DNA of 64,000 nt from the NCBI GenBank assembly GCA_963724765.1, contig CAVRVY010000003.1, positions 736,001 to 800,000 on the forward strand, read 5' to 3'. The notes beneath the pieces are model-generated. The model searched no databases, had not been told where the DNA came from, and saw nothing but the letters and a program-made list of their open reading frames with translations. The stretch's first letter is position 1. Each line of letters opens with the position of its first letter. The translations under genes and the position numbers were made by a program. This document shows positions 54,276 through 63,376 of this stretch, piece after piece. Origin of the DNA: an uncultured delta proteobacterium. Its GTDB lineage: Bacteria; Desulfobacterota; Binatia; Binatales; Binataceae.

Positions 54276-55468
54276 ATCACACCTATTTCGGCGAGCGTCG
54301 CGAGTTCCGCGGCCGAAAATTTTAGCTCGCCGGTCAGAATCTCCACCGTATGCTCGCCGAGCAGCGGCGCGCGGCGGGGCGGCGGCCATTGGCCGCCGAA
54401 TTTGGCGGGCCCGCCGGGAAAACGGCGGCGCCCGGCTACCGGATGATCGATCTCCTCGAAAAAGCCGCGTGTCTTCACCTGCTCCATCGCGGCAATCTCG
54501 TCAATCCGGTTGACCTTGCCCATCGGGACGTGACTTTCCTGGCACCGCCTGAAAATCTCTTCGCGGCTGTGCGCGGCGGTCCAGCGGCTGATCTCGGCGC
54601 CGAACTCATCGATGCGCGACTCGCGATCCTTGCGGGTCTTGAAGCGCGGGTCGTCGACACCCGCCACTTCCATCAGCTTTTCGATCTGGGCGTCGGTGGC
54701 GGCGGCCGCGGTGACGTCGCCGTCGGCCGCTTTGAACGTGCGGTAGGCGGCCCAGGCGGGAAAACGATCGCCCGCGCGTTTGATCTCGATGCCGGTGTAG
54801 GAGAGGAAAGTCTCGTTGAAGCGCGTGGTGAAGAGCAGCGCCTCCTGCGCGGCGACGTCGATACGCCGGCCGCGGCCGCTCGCTCGCGCGCCGCGAACCG
54901 CCGCCAGCGCGGTGATCGCGCCGATCACGCCCGGCACGAACGCCGTCATCGTGCGGCTATTGCTCACCAGCGGCGTGCGCCGCGGCTCGCCAAGTTGCGC
55001 CATCCATCCGCCGAGCGCCGCGAGCTGAAGCTCGGTCGCGAGCCATTTCTCGTATGGGCCGCCGGCAGTGAAGTGGCGAAACGCGAGGCGTGTCAGCCGC
55101 GGATTGGCGCGGTCAATCGACGCGTCGTCTGATGTGTCGTCCCGCGCGCCGTCAGCGGAAAGGCCGCGATCATCGATCAGCACGTCGGCGCCTTCGAGTA
55201 ATCGCCCCAGGATCGCTGCGCCGTCGGGGCTCTTCGCGTCGAGCGTAAGGCTGCGCTTGCCGGAGGCGGTAAACATGAAGAGCCCGCCGCGCTCTACTCC
55301 CGCGCGATCGTCGAGGAACGGCGGCTCCCATCGCACCGCGCTGCCAGTTCGCGGCCGCTCGACCAGCACCACGTCGGCGCCGAGCCGCGCGAAGAGCCGG
55401 CCGCAGAAGGCGGCCGAACATCCATCGCTAAACTCGACGACACGGATATCTCGTAGCACGTCGGTCAT
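54272..55468 (-). CDS. CaiB/BaiF CoA-transferase, partner subunit
   Basis: FCGRLFARLGADVVLVE, GKRSLTLD, APLLGEHT; ATGA overlap with the downstream gene. Confidence 0.85.
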   Translation of the reverse strand: MTDVLRDIRVVEFSDGCSAAFCGRLFARLGADVVLVERPRTGSAVRWEPPFLDDRAGVERGGLFMFTASGKRSLTLDAKSPDGAAILGRLLEGADVLIDDRGLSADGARDDTSDDASIDRANPRLTRLAFRHFTAGGPYEKWLATELQLAALGGWMAQLGEPRRTPLVSNSRTMTAFVPGVIGAITALAAVRGARASGRGRRIDVAAQEALLFTTRFNETFLSYTGIEIKRAGDRFPAWAAYRTFKAADGDVTAAAATDAQIEKLMEVAGVDDPRFKTRKDRESRIDEFGAEISRWTAAHSREEIFRRCQESHVPMGKVNRIDEIAAMEQVKTRGFFEEIDHPVAGRRRFPGGPAKFGGQWPPPRRAPLLGEHTVEILTGELKFSAAELATLAEIGVI

Positions 55469-55981
55469 CGTGTGGGCGTTCTCCCTGAGTGTGCGTCCGC
55501 GGTGCGAAGGCCCATCGCGCCCAGCGGGTTTAGCAGTTGCCGCAGCGTAGCACCATACTGAGCCGCGCCTCGTGGGGCTTGCCTTCGCGATAAAGCCGGT
55601 CCGCGGCAAGACGTGGCGTCACGAGCCATCTATCGCGCCACTTTTAATGATGAAGTTATACGTCACGGGCTGGTCTTGCGCGCGTTGGAATGCTAAAGCT
55701 TACGCCGCTAACTCATCGCATGGTTGATCGTCTTTAGACAGGGGCAGCTAATTCGATAAGTCGCGACGCAATCGGCAAAGGGAGCTTACTCCGAAATATA
55801 TCTGACGGCACTTGATCAACCTGCATATGTTCAAAAACCAGTCAACCGGTCTCAAGTCACCAGCCAGTTCGATTTGATCTCGATTACTGCGTCGTGCGAC
55901 TTCATGGATGTGATCTACTTGATGAACGTCATCAGCGGCCGAATAAGTGCATCAATGCAAACGTTGTTTGAGGTGGAGAAC

Positions 55982-58900
55982 ATGTATCGGAAGCGGATAG
56001 ATGCGATTGCCAACCGCACTTCGGGTATGCCTGTCGGCAGGGTATGGGCGATGCGGGAATGCCGCTGGATCGTCGCGTTGCTTGCGATCGTCATCGGAGC
56101 AGGGCTGTTTTCGAGCCGCGCCGTTGCGCAGAGCACATGCCCTGCCGGCTTCGCGCAATTCACTTGTCCGGACACGCCCACCGACGTTTCCATCAAGGAG
56201 CCAACATGTCTCGAGGCCGACTGCGCGCTTCGTGAAATCAGCATCCAAGCGGGCGGCGAGCTCAGGGTGCCGGATGAAATGCAAAAGGCCGACGCCAAGA
56301 AAATAAGCATTTCGGCCACCAGAATAATCATCAGGGCTGGAGGCGTTTTTCAGGCCGGGCCCATGACGAACAACCGGCTTACGCTCACCTTCATCGGGCC
56401 GCGTCCCGATCCAGTCATAGTCGATCCCGACAAACCGGATGATCCGTGTCCCAGCCCGCACTTCGATAAAGGGATCGAGGTCTGCGGCGGTGGCACCCTC
56501 AACCTGCTTGGTACCAAGGGCGTGCCGGCCTTGGGTGGCACGAGCTGGACGTACTTGAGCGCGCCAGCCGGCGACCCGACGAAGTACGGTGCGACCAATA
56601 TGCAACAGGGGCAGGTGCCTGGGCCGACCAAGATTGCGGCGCCGGTGACGGAGCCGGATGCGCAAACCATCCAGGTTGCTACTAACGTCAGCGCGGACTG
56701 GCAGTCCGGAGACTGGATCGTTATCGGCACCACCAGCTTCAGCCCATTTGAGACGGAATTCGTCCAGATCAAAAACATCGTCGGGACGACGATTACCTTG
56801 AATCAGCCTTTGAAGTATTACCACTTCGGCAGTTTGCCGCCCGATACCGGCACCTCCACCACTTGTAAAAATAGTGCCGGGAAAGCGCTTCCGGCGGCCT
56901 TCTGCGACGGCGCTGACAAGAACTATGGCGTCGACGAGCGCGCCGAGGTCGGACTCATCAGCCGCAACATCTTGCTGACTTCCGACGCCGGACCCGTCGG
57001 GCGCATCCACTGGGGCGGTGAAATAAAAGTTAGGGCCGGGTTCACCCAGGTCCAGATCCAGGGAGTGCAGCTCGAAAAGTTCGGTAAGGCCAAGCGCGGA
57101 AGCTATCCGATCCACTTTCACTTGGATGGCGATCTTTCGCTAACTCCCGACACCGCGAAGCTGGTGGACGCCAACAGCATCGATCACAGCTATAACAAGT
57201 GCATAACGGTTCATTCGACTAAGCAACTGGCCTTCACCAACAATGTCTGCGCGCGAATTGTGGGACACATTTTCTACGAAGAAATAGGTGACGAAGTAAA
57301 CATCACGTTCAATAACAATCTCGGACTCGGCGCGATGAGCAACAACTTCGACATCGCCGAAACAAACAGTGCAAATCCGCGGAAGGATCTGATCAAAAAT
57401 TACTGGTGGACCGGTGATTACCTGGCCAACGGCAGTACTACGGATATCGATTACGACGGGTTCGCTATCCCGAACGAGGACGCCCACGACAACCCGGTGC
57501 ATGGCAGTTGCGCGAAGCTAATAGCGGATGGAAACATCGACGACGGACTGCCCGGCCCGGCGCCCGCGGAATGTCCGGCGGGCACGATTTATACCGAGCC
57601 GGCAGCCGGGTTCTGGATTGTCAACCCGTCAACGATTCTGACCAACAATTCGATCGGCGGATGCCAGGGAGTCGGAGTTGGGTACTGGTACGTTACCTCG
57701 CCGGCGACAACGGTTCAGTTTCTCCAGCTCGGCAACTTCCAGAATAATCGCGCGCACGCCTGCTTCGACGGGTTGTACGGCGAAAACCAATTCACTGTGC
57801 ATTCCGCTCAGAACTTGAATCCGCATGTCGGAGGAACGGCGGGCGGGCAGCCGGTGATCGCGACATTTAACGGACTGACGGCGACGCGCAATCGCGACCG
57901 CGGCGTGTGGGTCAGGCCCCTATGGAACGTCGTCACCAACAGCAGCTTTGCAACCAACCGCGACAGCGTCACCCTGCTGACCGCCGGCGGTGTCGACGGC
58001 ACTGCGCCGGGCGCGTGGGATTTGCTGGAAAACTCGGTGGTCGTCGGAATCAGCGCTAACAATGTCGATCGCTGGGGGCCCTGTCCTCTGCCCGACCAGG
58101 TCGGCCCTGGAACAGGCACCGGCGGCGCCAAGGGAACGAACCGTCCACACGGGTTTCAGGTGACGAACACTGGCTGCATCGATCGCACAACCGCCGCGCA
58201 TGACCAGATTGCGAAAGGCTACCCGTCGCCGACGTTCAATATGGCGGGATACATGATCTACGACGGACCGGTCCGCATCTTCAACGACCGCTTTGTGAAC
58301 TTCAAGGTCGACCCTACATCGTTGATGGACGCTACCGACGTGTCATGGCTGAATGAATTCAGCGCGGATAACAAATATGTGGGCGACAAAGCTTTCGTAT
58401 ACGAGGGTGACGCGGCGCTTGGATGGTTCCAGGCCAACCCGAACCCCTATCCGAATGCCACGATCAGTAACCAGTTGCTTTTCTACAACGTCGATCTGCG
58501 TCATCAAATCTATACCGAGGAGGTTCATGTCGGAACGACGTTCAAGGATAGTGACAAGAACACGGCGATCATGGACGAGGACGGGACGCTGACCGGTCTC
58601 GAGGTTGCCGACAGCACCGGCAAGCAGTGCGGCACAACCGGCGCGACCTGCGCGCAGGTTTTTCCCATGTCGCTCAACAACCTGGAGATAAACGCCTCCA
58701 GGCTGATGAGCGTCAATAATCAGAGTTCGGTGGACGAATGCCTGTCGCAAGGCGCGCAGGATACGCTGTTCGAGGACCGGCCGACCTCACTCCTCACGCC
58801 GGAGGCGATAGGTTCGCTGGAGTTCTCGGCATTGTATCCGGTCACACCTGTTCCCCCGGATGACTGTACCGGCAACTCTCCTAATCCTTTCTGCAACGAC

Positions 58901-60004
58901 CCGAGTGGCCTGCCGGGCACTCACAACCAGACTCTTAAGTTTACCAAGGACTCGACCGACTATCTCAATTCGGAAGGTGTCGGCACGCACGAATCGATGA
59001 GCCTGGACGGCCGCGGCGGCCAGGGCCTTTGGGAACCCAAGGTTACCAACGGATATGGGTACACGGTCGTCGCCAGTCAGGGTATTCCAAACGTAGTCGA
59101 TGTAGGTGTCACCGACGTGGTGAACGCGAACATCGTCGATGTGACGGACCCGACCATAACCAACCCATTCTATGTTCGGATGGGAATTTGTTACACGAGC
59201 AAGGACGGTTCAAAACACCCACAGAATGCAGCAGCTTTTAAAATAACCCGCGGATTCAAGGGTTATGGTGGTAGCGGTGTCCCCACTAACATCGACCCGA
59301 ATCTTAATCAATACTACAATAAGCTGGCCAATGAATATAACGGCGAATTCTGCAGCGACCTGGACGATCACAATCGGCAGAACCTCAAGCTCCCTAAGGG
59401 CTGTCCCGCGAATGGCGTGGCAGTGCCTATCCCATTAGGGAGCGGCTCTTGTGGAAAGCTCGCTACGACCACTATAAACGGGACTACATACTGCATATAT
59501 CCAAAGGGTTCCGCGCCCTTGAGTTCCGTAAATTCGGTGGCCGATTTGAATCCGGGCGGGGTTCCGGATCCCACGAAATACTACTATGACAAAACGACCG
59601 GGATGCTGTTCTTTTACGTAGTGCAGGACCTGCCGAACGCAATAGGCCCCTCGCCTCTCGGATCGTGCGGTCCGAATACGCCGAACCCGTCCGAATGTCC
59701 GCAAGCGCCGGAAAGCTATTACGCATGTCCGGCGCCCGGATGCGAAGTGGCGATCGTAAGACTCGACGATAGTACCTACCAACCGGGACCGTCGGATTGT
59801 AGAGGCCCCGGCGGCGAAGATATCTATACCTATAACGACGGCGTATACGCGCAGAATCCGCCGCCTGACCAGAACCAACTGGCTCTGTCCGCCAGCGGCA
59901 CTCCTGTGATCGTCAAGGGGGTGACGCAGGGCACGACGTTCCCCCATGCGGTGCCGTCACCGACTCCGAATTGCCCGGTGGCGACGCCCACGCCGTCGTC
60001 GTAG
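55982..60004 (+). CDS. Large secreted G8-domain beta-helix protein, CEMIP/TMEM2-like
   Basis: Signal peptide, YGVDERAEVGLISRNI, YPIHFHL, SIDHSYNKCITVHST, GFWIVNP, YDGP; many Cys; start 55982 (SD GAGGTGGAG) or 56051. Confidence 0.8.
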   Translation: MYRKRIDAIANRTSGMPVGRVWAMRECRWIVALLAIVIGAGLFSSRAVAQSTCPAGFAQFTCPDTPTDVSIKEPTCLEADCALREISIQAGGELRVPDEMQKADAKKISISATRIIIRAGGVFQAGPMTNNRLTLTFIGPRPDPVIVDPDKPDDPCPSPHFDKGIEVCGGGTLNLLGTKGVPALGGTSWTYLSAPAGDPTKYGATNMQQGQVPGPTKIAAPVTEPDAQTIQVATNVSADWQSGDWIVIGTTSFSPFETEFVQIKNIVGTTITLNQPLKYYHFGSLPPDTGTSTTCKNSAGKALPAAFCDGADKNYGVDERAEVGLISRNILLTSDAGPVGRIHWGGEIKVRAGFTQVQIQGVQLEKFGKAKRGSYPIHFHLDGDLSLTPDTAKLVDANSIDHSYNKCITVHSTKQLAFTNNVCARIVGHIFYEEIGDEVNITFNNNLGLGAMSNNFDIAETNSANPRKDLIKNYWWTGDYLANGSTTDIDYDGFAIPNEDAHDNPVHGSCAKLIADGNIDDGLPGPAPAECPAGTIYTEPAAGFWIVNPSTILTNNSIGGCQGVGVGYWYVTSPATTVQFLQLGNFQNNRAHACFDGLYGENQFTVHSAQNLNPHVGGTAGGQPVIATFNGLTATRNRDRGVWVRPLWNVVTNSSFATNRDSVTLLTAGGVDGTAPGAWDLLENSVVVGISANNVDRWGPCPLPDQVGPGTGTGGAKGTNRPHGFQVTNTGCIDRTTAAHDQIAKGYPSPTFNMAGYMIYDGPVRIFNDRFVNFKVDPTSLMDATDVSWLNEFSADNKYVGDKAFVYEGDAALGWFQANPNPYPNATISNQLLFYNVDLRHQIYTEEVHVGTTFKDSDKNTAIMDEDGTLTGLEVADSTGKQCGTTGATCAQVFPMSLNNLEINASRLMSVNNQSSVDECLSQGAQDTLFEDRPTSLLTPEAIGSLEFSALYPVTPVPPDDCTGNSPNPFCNDPSGLPGTHNQTLKFTKDSTDYLNSEGVGTHESMSLDGRGGQGLWEPKVTNGYGYTVVASQGIPNVVDVGVTDVVNANIVDVTDPTITNPFYVRMGICYTSKDGSKHPQNAAAFKITRGFKGYGGSGVPTNIDPNLNQYYNKLANEYNGEFCSDLDDHNRQNLKLPKGCPANGVAVPIPLGSGSCGKLATTTINGTTYCIYPKGSAPLSSVNSVADLNPGGVPDPTKYYYDKTTGMLFFYVVQDLPNAIGPSPLGSCGPNTPNPSECPQAPESYYACPAPGCEVAIVRLDDSTYQPGPSDCRGPGGEDIYTYNDGVYAQNPPPDQNQLALSASGTPVIVKGVTQGTTFPHAVPSPTPNCPVATPTPSS

Positions 60005-60027
60005 CCGCGATACATCGCGGGCCAGCC

Positions 60028-60074
60028 GCGGGGCGCAAGGACGGATAAGTCCGCCTTTGCGCCCCCGCTTTTTC
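60028..60074 (+). terminator. Rho-independent terminator of the G8 gene
   Basis: gcggggcgcaagg..cctttgcgcccccgc followed by TTTTT. Confidence 0.8.
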
Positions 60075-60083
60075 TCACGTCCC

Positions 60084-60113
60084 TTGACAGCCGGCTCTGG
60101 GCGCCGCTACGGT
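60084..60113 (+). promoter_or_regulatory. Putative sigma70 promoter for the Rid/MaoC cluster
   Basis: TTGACA-18 nt-TACGGT. Confidence 0.4.
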
Positions 60114-60174
60114 CGGCCACGAGTTTGCTATCGGCTGAAGCGGCGCCAATGCGGCGCGGGAGCCCGACGGCGCC

Positions 60175-61365
60175 ATGGAACGGTCAGCCTTAAAGCCGCG
60201 TTACTTTCCCTGGTACGACTACTCCCGTTATACGTTTTCGCTGGGGCTCAGAGTCGGCGAGCGCACCCTGCTGTCCGGACATTCCGCCTCCGAGTACGAC
60301 ACGAGCGCGCGGGAGATGGTCGTTCGGGGCGGGATGCGCGAGCAGGCGCTCACCGCATGGGCGAAAATCGCCGCCATCCTCGAAGCGGGCAAGCGAAGCC
60401 TGTCCGACGTCGTTCGAGTCGCCGAGTACGTCACGCCGGACGGGATCGAGCGCTACGCCGAGGCCGCGGCGGTACGCGGCGAGTTGTTCGGCGGCAGCCG
60501 CCCGGCGCTCAACACCGTGGTGGTGAACCGCCTGCTGCGCCCGCAGGCGCTAATCGAAATCGAAGTCGAAGCGGAGCCGGCCGAAGCGCCGCCGCAGGCG
60601 GAGCCGGGATGGCCGCCTGCGTGGGCGCCGGCGCGCGTCGCCGACGGGTTCGTCTATCTCTCTTCGATGCTGCCGCTCGACGACACGGGCGCGGTGATAG
60701 CGCCAAGCGATCCGGTCGCACAGACGCGCGCGATCTTCGAGCGCGCGGCGCGCGTACTGCGTGCGCTCGGCCTGGGGATGGATCACGTGGTCAGGACCGT
60801 CGATTACCTGGTGCCGACGGCGCTGCCGGAATACAAGCACACGGGCGGCGTGCGCCGCGAGTTTCTCGGGCCGGTGTTTCCCGCCGCGACCGGAATCATA
60901 ATGAAGCGCGTGGCGCATCACGACGCGATGATCCAAGTTGATTTCGTCGCCTCGCGTCATCAACCGGCGGCGGTGAACCCAGGTTGGGCGCGCTATGCCC
61001 AATTGACCTACAGTCCGGCGGTGCGCGCCGGCGAGATGCTCTTTATCGCCGGACAGGCGGCGCTCGATCCGGAGACCGCCATGTCGATGCATCCGGGTGA
61101 CGTCGCCGCTCAGGCGGAGTACGTGTACGAAAACATCCTGCGCGTGGTCGCGGCCGCGGGCGGTGGGCCCGAGCATCTCGTGAAGACAGTTGAGTACATC
61201 CCGCCGGCCGCGCTAGAGCATTATCGCGAGGTGGCCGGCGTGCGCTCGCGAATCCTGCGCGCGCCCTTTCCGGTCTCCGTCGGATGCGTGTGCGAGAGAC
61301 TGCTGCGTCCGGAGTTTCTGATTGAAGTCGACTCGCTCGCGATAATTCCACAGACCCGAGCGTAA
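60175..61365 (+). CDS. RidA/YjgF-superfamily protein with three tandem domains
   Basis: Three ~130-aa units with LSGH, LSSM and IAGQ starts and LIEIE, MIQVD and LIEVD ends. Confidence 0.85.
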   Translation: MERSALKPRYFPWYDYSRYTFSLGLRVGERTLLSGHSASEYDTSAREMVVRGGMREQALTAWAKIAAILEAGKRSLSDVVRVAEYVTPDGIERYAEAAAVRGELFGGSRPALNTVVVNRLLRPQALIEIEVEAEPAEAPPQAEPGWPPAWAPARVADGFVYLSSMLPLDDTGAVIAPSDPVAQTRAIFERAARVLRALGLGMDHVVRTVDYLVPTALPEYKHTGGVRREFLGPVFPAATGIIMKRVAHHDAMIQVDFVASRHQPAAVNPGWARYAQLTYSPAVRAGEMLFIAGQAALDPETAMSMHPGDVAAQAEYVYENILRVVAAAGGGPEHLVKTVEYIPPAALEHYREVAGVRSRILRAPFPVSVGCVCERLLRPEFLIEVDSLAIIPQTRA

Positions 61366-61385
61366 GCCCAACGGAGTAACGATCC

Positions 61386-61889
61386 ATCGGCGCGCTGCTG
61401 ACAGAGGAGCTAAGGGGATGGATCGGCCGCGAGGTCAGCTACACCGCGCCCGAGGAAATCGGGCGCGCATCGATCCGCTACTTCGCCCTGGCGATCGGCG
61501 ACGACAATCCGCTCTATGCCGACGAGGCGTATGCGCGGGCCGCCGGCCATCCCTCCATAATCGCGCCGCCGACCTTCGTTTGTGAGACCTGCCAATACGC
61601 GCATCGGCCACCCGACCCCGACGGCTACATCGGCCATACCTGGGAGCTGCCGATCAAGAACTGCCGTATGATCCGCGGCGGCCACGACTACGAATTCTTT
61701 CGTCCTGTGCTGCCGGAGGATCGCATCAACGTCACCTGGCGGCTCGAAGACATCTCGGAGCGCCGGTCGTCGCGCGGCGAACCGATGCTGGTGGTGATCT
61801 CGGCCGCCACTTACAGAAACCAGCGTGGCGAAATGCTCGCGCGCAATCGCGAGACCCTCATCTTTCAGCCGCTGGAGACCTCGCGATGA
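61386..61889 (+). CDS. MaoC/FAS1-like hot-dog dehydratase subunit with a non-canonical start (ATC or CTG)
   Basis: In frame with the 61668 ORF: IGALLTEELRGWIGRE..IRYFALAIGDDNPLY..APPTF; GGAG 9 nt upstream of ATC 61386. Confidence 0.8.
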   Translation: MGALLTEELRGWIGREVSYTAPEEIGRASIRYFALAIGDDNPLYADEAYARAAGHPSIIAPPTFVCETCQYAHRPPDPDGYIGHTWELPIKNCRMIRGGHDYEFFRPVLPEDRINVTWRLEDISERRSSRGEPMLVVISAATYRNQRGEMLARNRETLIFQPLETSR

Positions 61890-62350
61890 GCGCGCAAGGG
61901 CCGGCCGTGAGTGCGTTGGCCGTCGGTGCGTCTATCCCGCCGCTGGAGCGCACGCTGACCCAGGTACGGCTGGCCGCTTACGGCGGCGCCACCTGGGACT
62001 GGCATCGTCTCCACTATGAGCCAGAGTACGCCGCCGCGCGCGACATCGCGGGACCGATCGTGGACGGGCAGATGTTCGGCGCGCTTTTGGCCGAGACGCT
62101 AATCGATTGGCTCGGGCCGCGGGCGTTCATTCGGCGGATGAGCTTTCGCTTGCGCACGATGGTTTTTGCGGGAGAGACGGTGCGCTGCGAGGGTGAGGTG
62201 ATGTCGATCGTAGCAGAGCAGAATTGCGTAGCGGATCAGGATCGCGTAGCGGATCAGGATTACGACATGGTGCGGGTAACGCTGCGCGTGCGCGTGGGCG
62301 AGCGGATCGCGGTCGAGCCGGCGAGCGCCGAGATAGCCGTGCCGAGGTAA
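61886..62350 (+). CDS. MaoC-family hot-dog dehydratase
   Basis: YGGATWDWHRLHY, PIVDGQM, FAGETV; ATGA overlap with the previous gene. Confidence 0.85.
   Translation: MSAQGPAVSALAVGASIPPLERTLTQVRLAAYGGATWDWHRLHYEPEYAAARDIAGPIVDGQMFGALLAETLIDWLGPRAFIRRMSFRLRTMVFAGETVRCEGEVMSIVAEQNCVADQDRVADQDYDMVRVTLRVRVGERIAVEPASAEIAVPR
62209..62262 (+). repeat. In-frame 18-bp tandem repeat, three copies (VAEQNC/VADQDR/VADQDY)
   Basis: cgtagcagagcagaattg cgtagcggatcaggatcg cgtagcggatcaggatta. Confidence 0.85.
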
Positions 62351-62441
62351 GCGAAGATTGCCCGGCTGGAGGACGCCGTGCGCGGACTATTCAAGGTTGC
62401 GCGTCGAGGTTGCGCGGCAATGCGCCGCAGTGGACATCAGC

Positions 62442-63053
62442 TTACGACTTCGGCTCGGGAGGCGGGGGAAAGCACGGCAGCTGATGAATCAGCGCATAAC
62501 GGAAGGTGCGCTCGTTCCAGATGAAGGTCCCCGTTGAGGAGCCGAAACCGATGGCGAGGGCGTTAAGCTGATCCTGTTCGGTCACGTCGCGCGCCTCGGC
62601 CGCCGCGTAGGCGACGTAAGTGATCGAGTTGGCGGTGAGCTCGCTCTTAAGCGGAGGCTGAAAATGCATCCTGGTGAAGTTGCTCGCCAGTTTCCATCCG
62701 CCGTCCTTCGCATCCTGGTTTGGCATTGCGGCCCATTGAGGGTCGAGGTCGGTGCCCACGAGACTCAACTCGCGATAACGGGTGATGCCGGTCGCATCGG
62801 TCCTGAGCTCGACCAACATCGGGATCTCTTCAGACAACTCGTCGCAGACGTCGCTGTCCTGCGGAGGCATGTTCTTGTCCTGATGCGATTGATGCGCGGC
62901 TGCCATGCCGCCTGCGGCCAAATTGGCCACACCTCCACCGATCGCCTCGGCCGCCGATATGGCCACCGGCGCCAGTTGCATCGCGGCCATCCAGCATCCG
63001 CTGGCGACGACCACGAGCGCGAGCGCTCCGCATGCCAGCGCGGCTCGTTTCAA
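62442..63053 (-). CDS. Hypothetical lipoprotein
   Basis: KRAALACGALALVVVASG-C lipobox; start uncertain. Confidence 0.65.
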   Translation of the reverse strand: MKRAALACGALALVVVASGCWMAAMQLAPVAISAAEAIGGGVANLAAGGMAAAHQSHQDKNMPPQDSDVCDELSEEIPMLVELRTDATGITRYRELSLVGTDLDPQWAAMPNQDAKDGGWKLASNFTRMHFQPPLKSELTANSITYVAYAAAEARDVTEQDQLNALAIGFGSSTGTFIWNERTFRYALIHQLPCFPPPPEPKS

Positions 63054-63308
63054 CGTTAAGTGAAGCGACACGCGATTGATGTGAAGCCTGTCTCTCGATC
63101 GCGCCGCAGCCCCCTTGCCGGCGCGAGACTTAAGCTCCCCCCTCCGTCGGCACTGTAGCATTAAGTGAGGCACAAGTCGGGAGGGTCATCGGGGGGTGTT
63201 TTCGCGCGAGCCACGGATGGTCGGTTGGGGGCGGCAGGCGCCTGCGCTCGTTAATATCACCCCAAAAAGGTTGGTGCTAGTAACGTGACTCGGATTCCAC
63301 GTCCCCCG

Positions 63309-63350
63309 TTCAAAATTCAGCGGCGCCGGCCAGAATGAAGCCGGCGCCGC
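63309..63350 (-). terminator. Possible terminator hairpin after the last gene
   Basis: 11-bp stem gcggcgccggc/gccggcgccgc followed on the minus strand by TGAATTTT. Confidence 0.4.
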
Positions 63351-63376
63351 CGTCAGGCGCAGTAGCGGCGAAGCCG

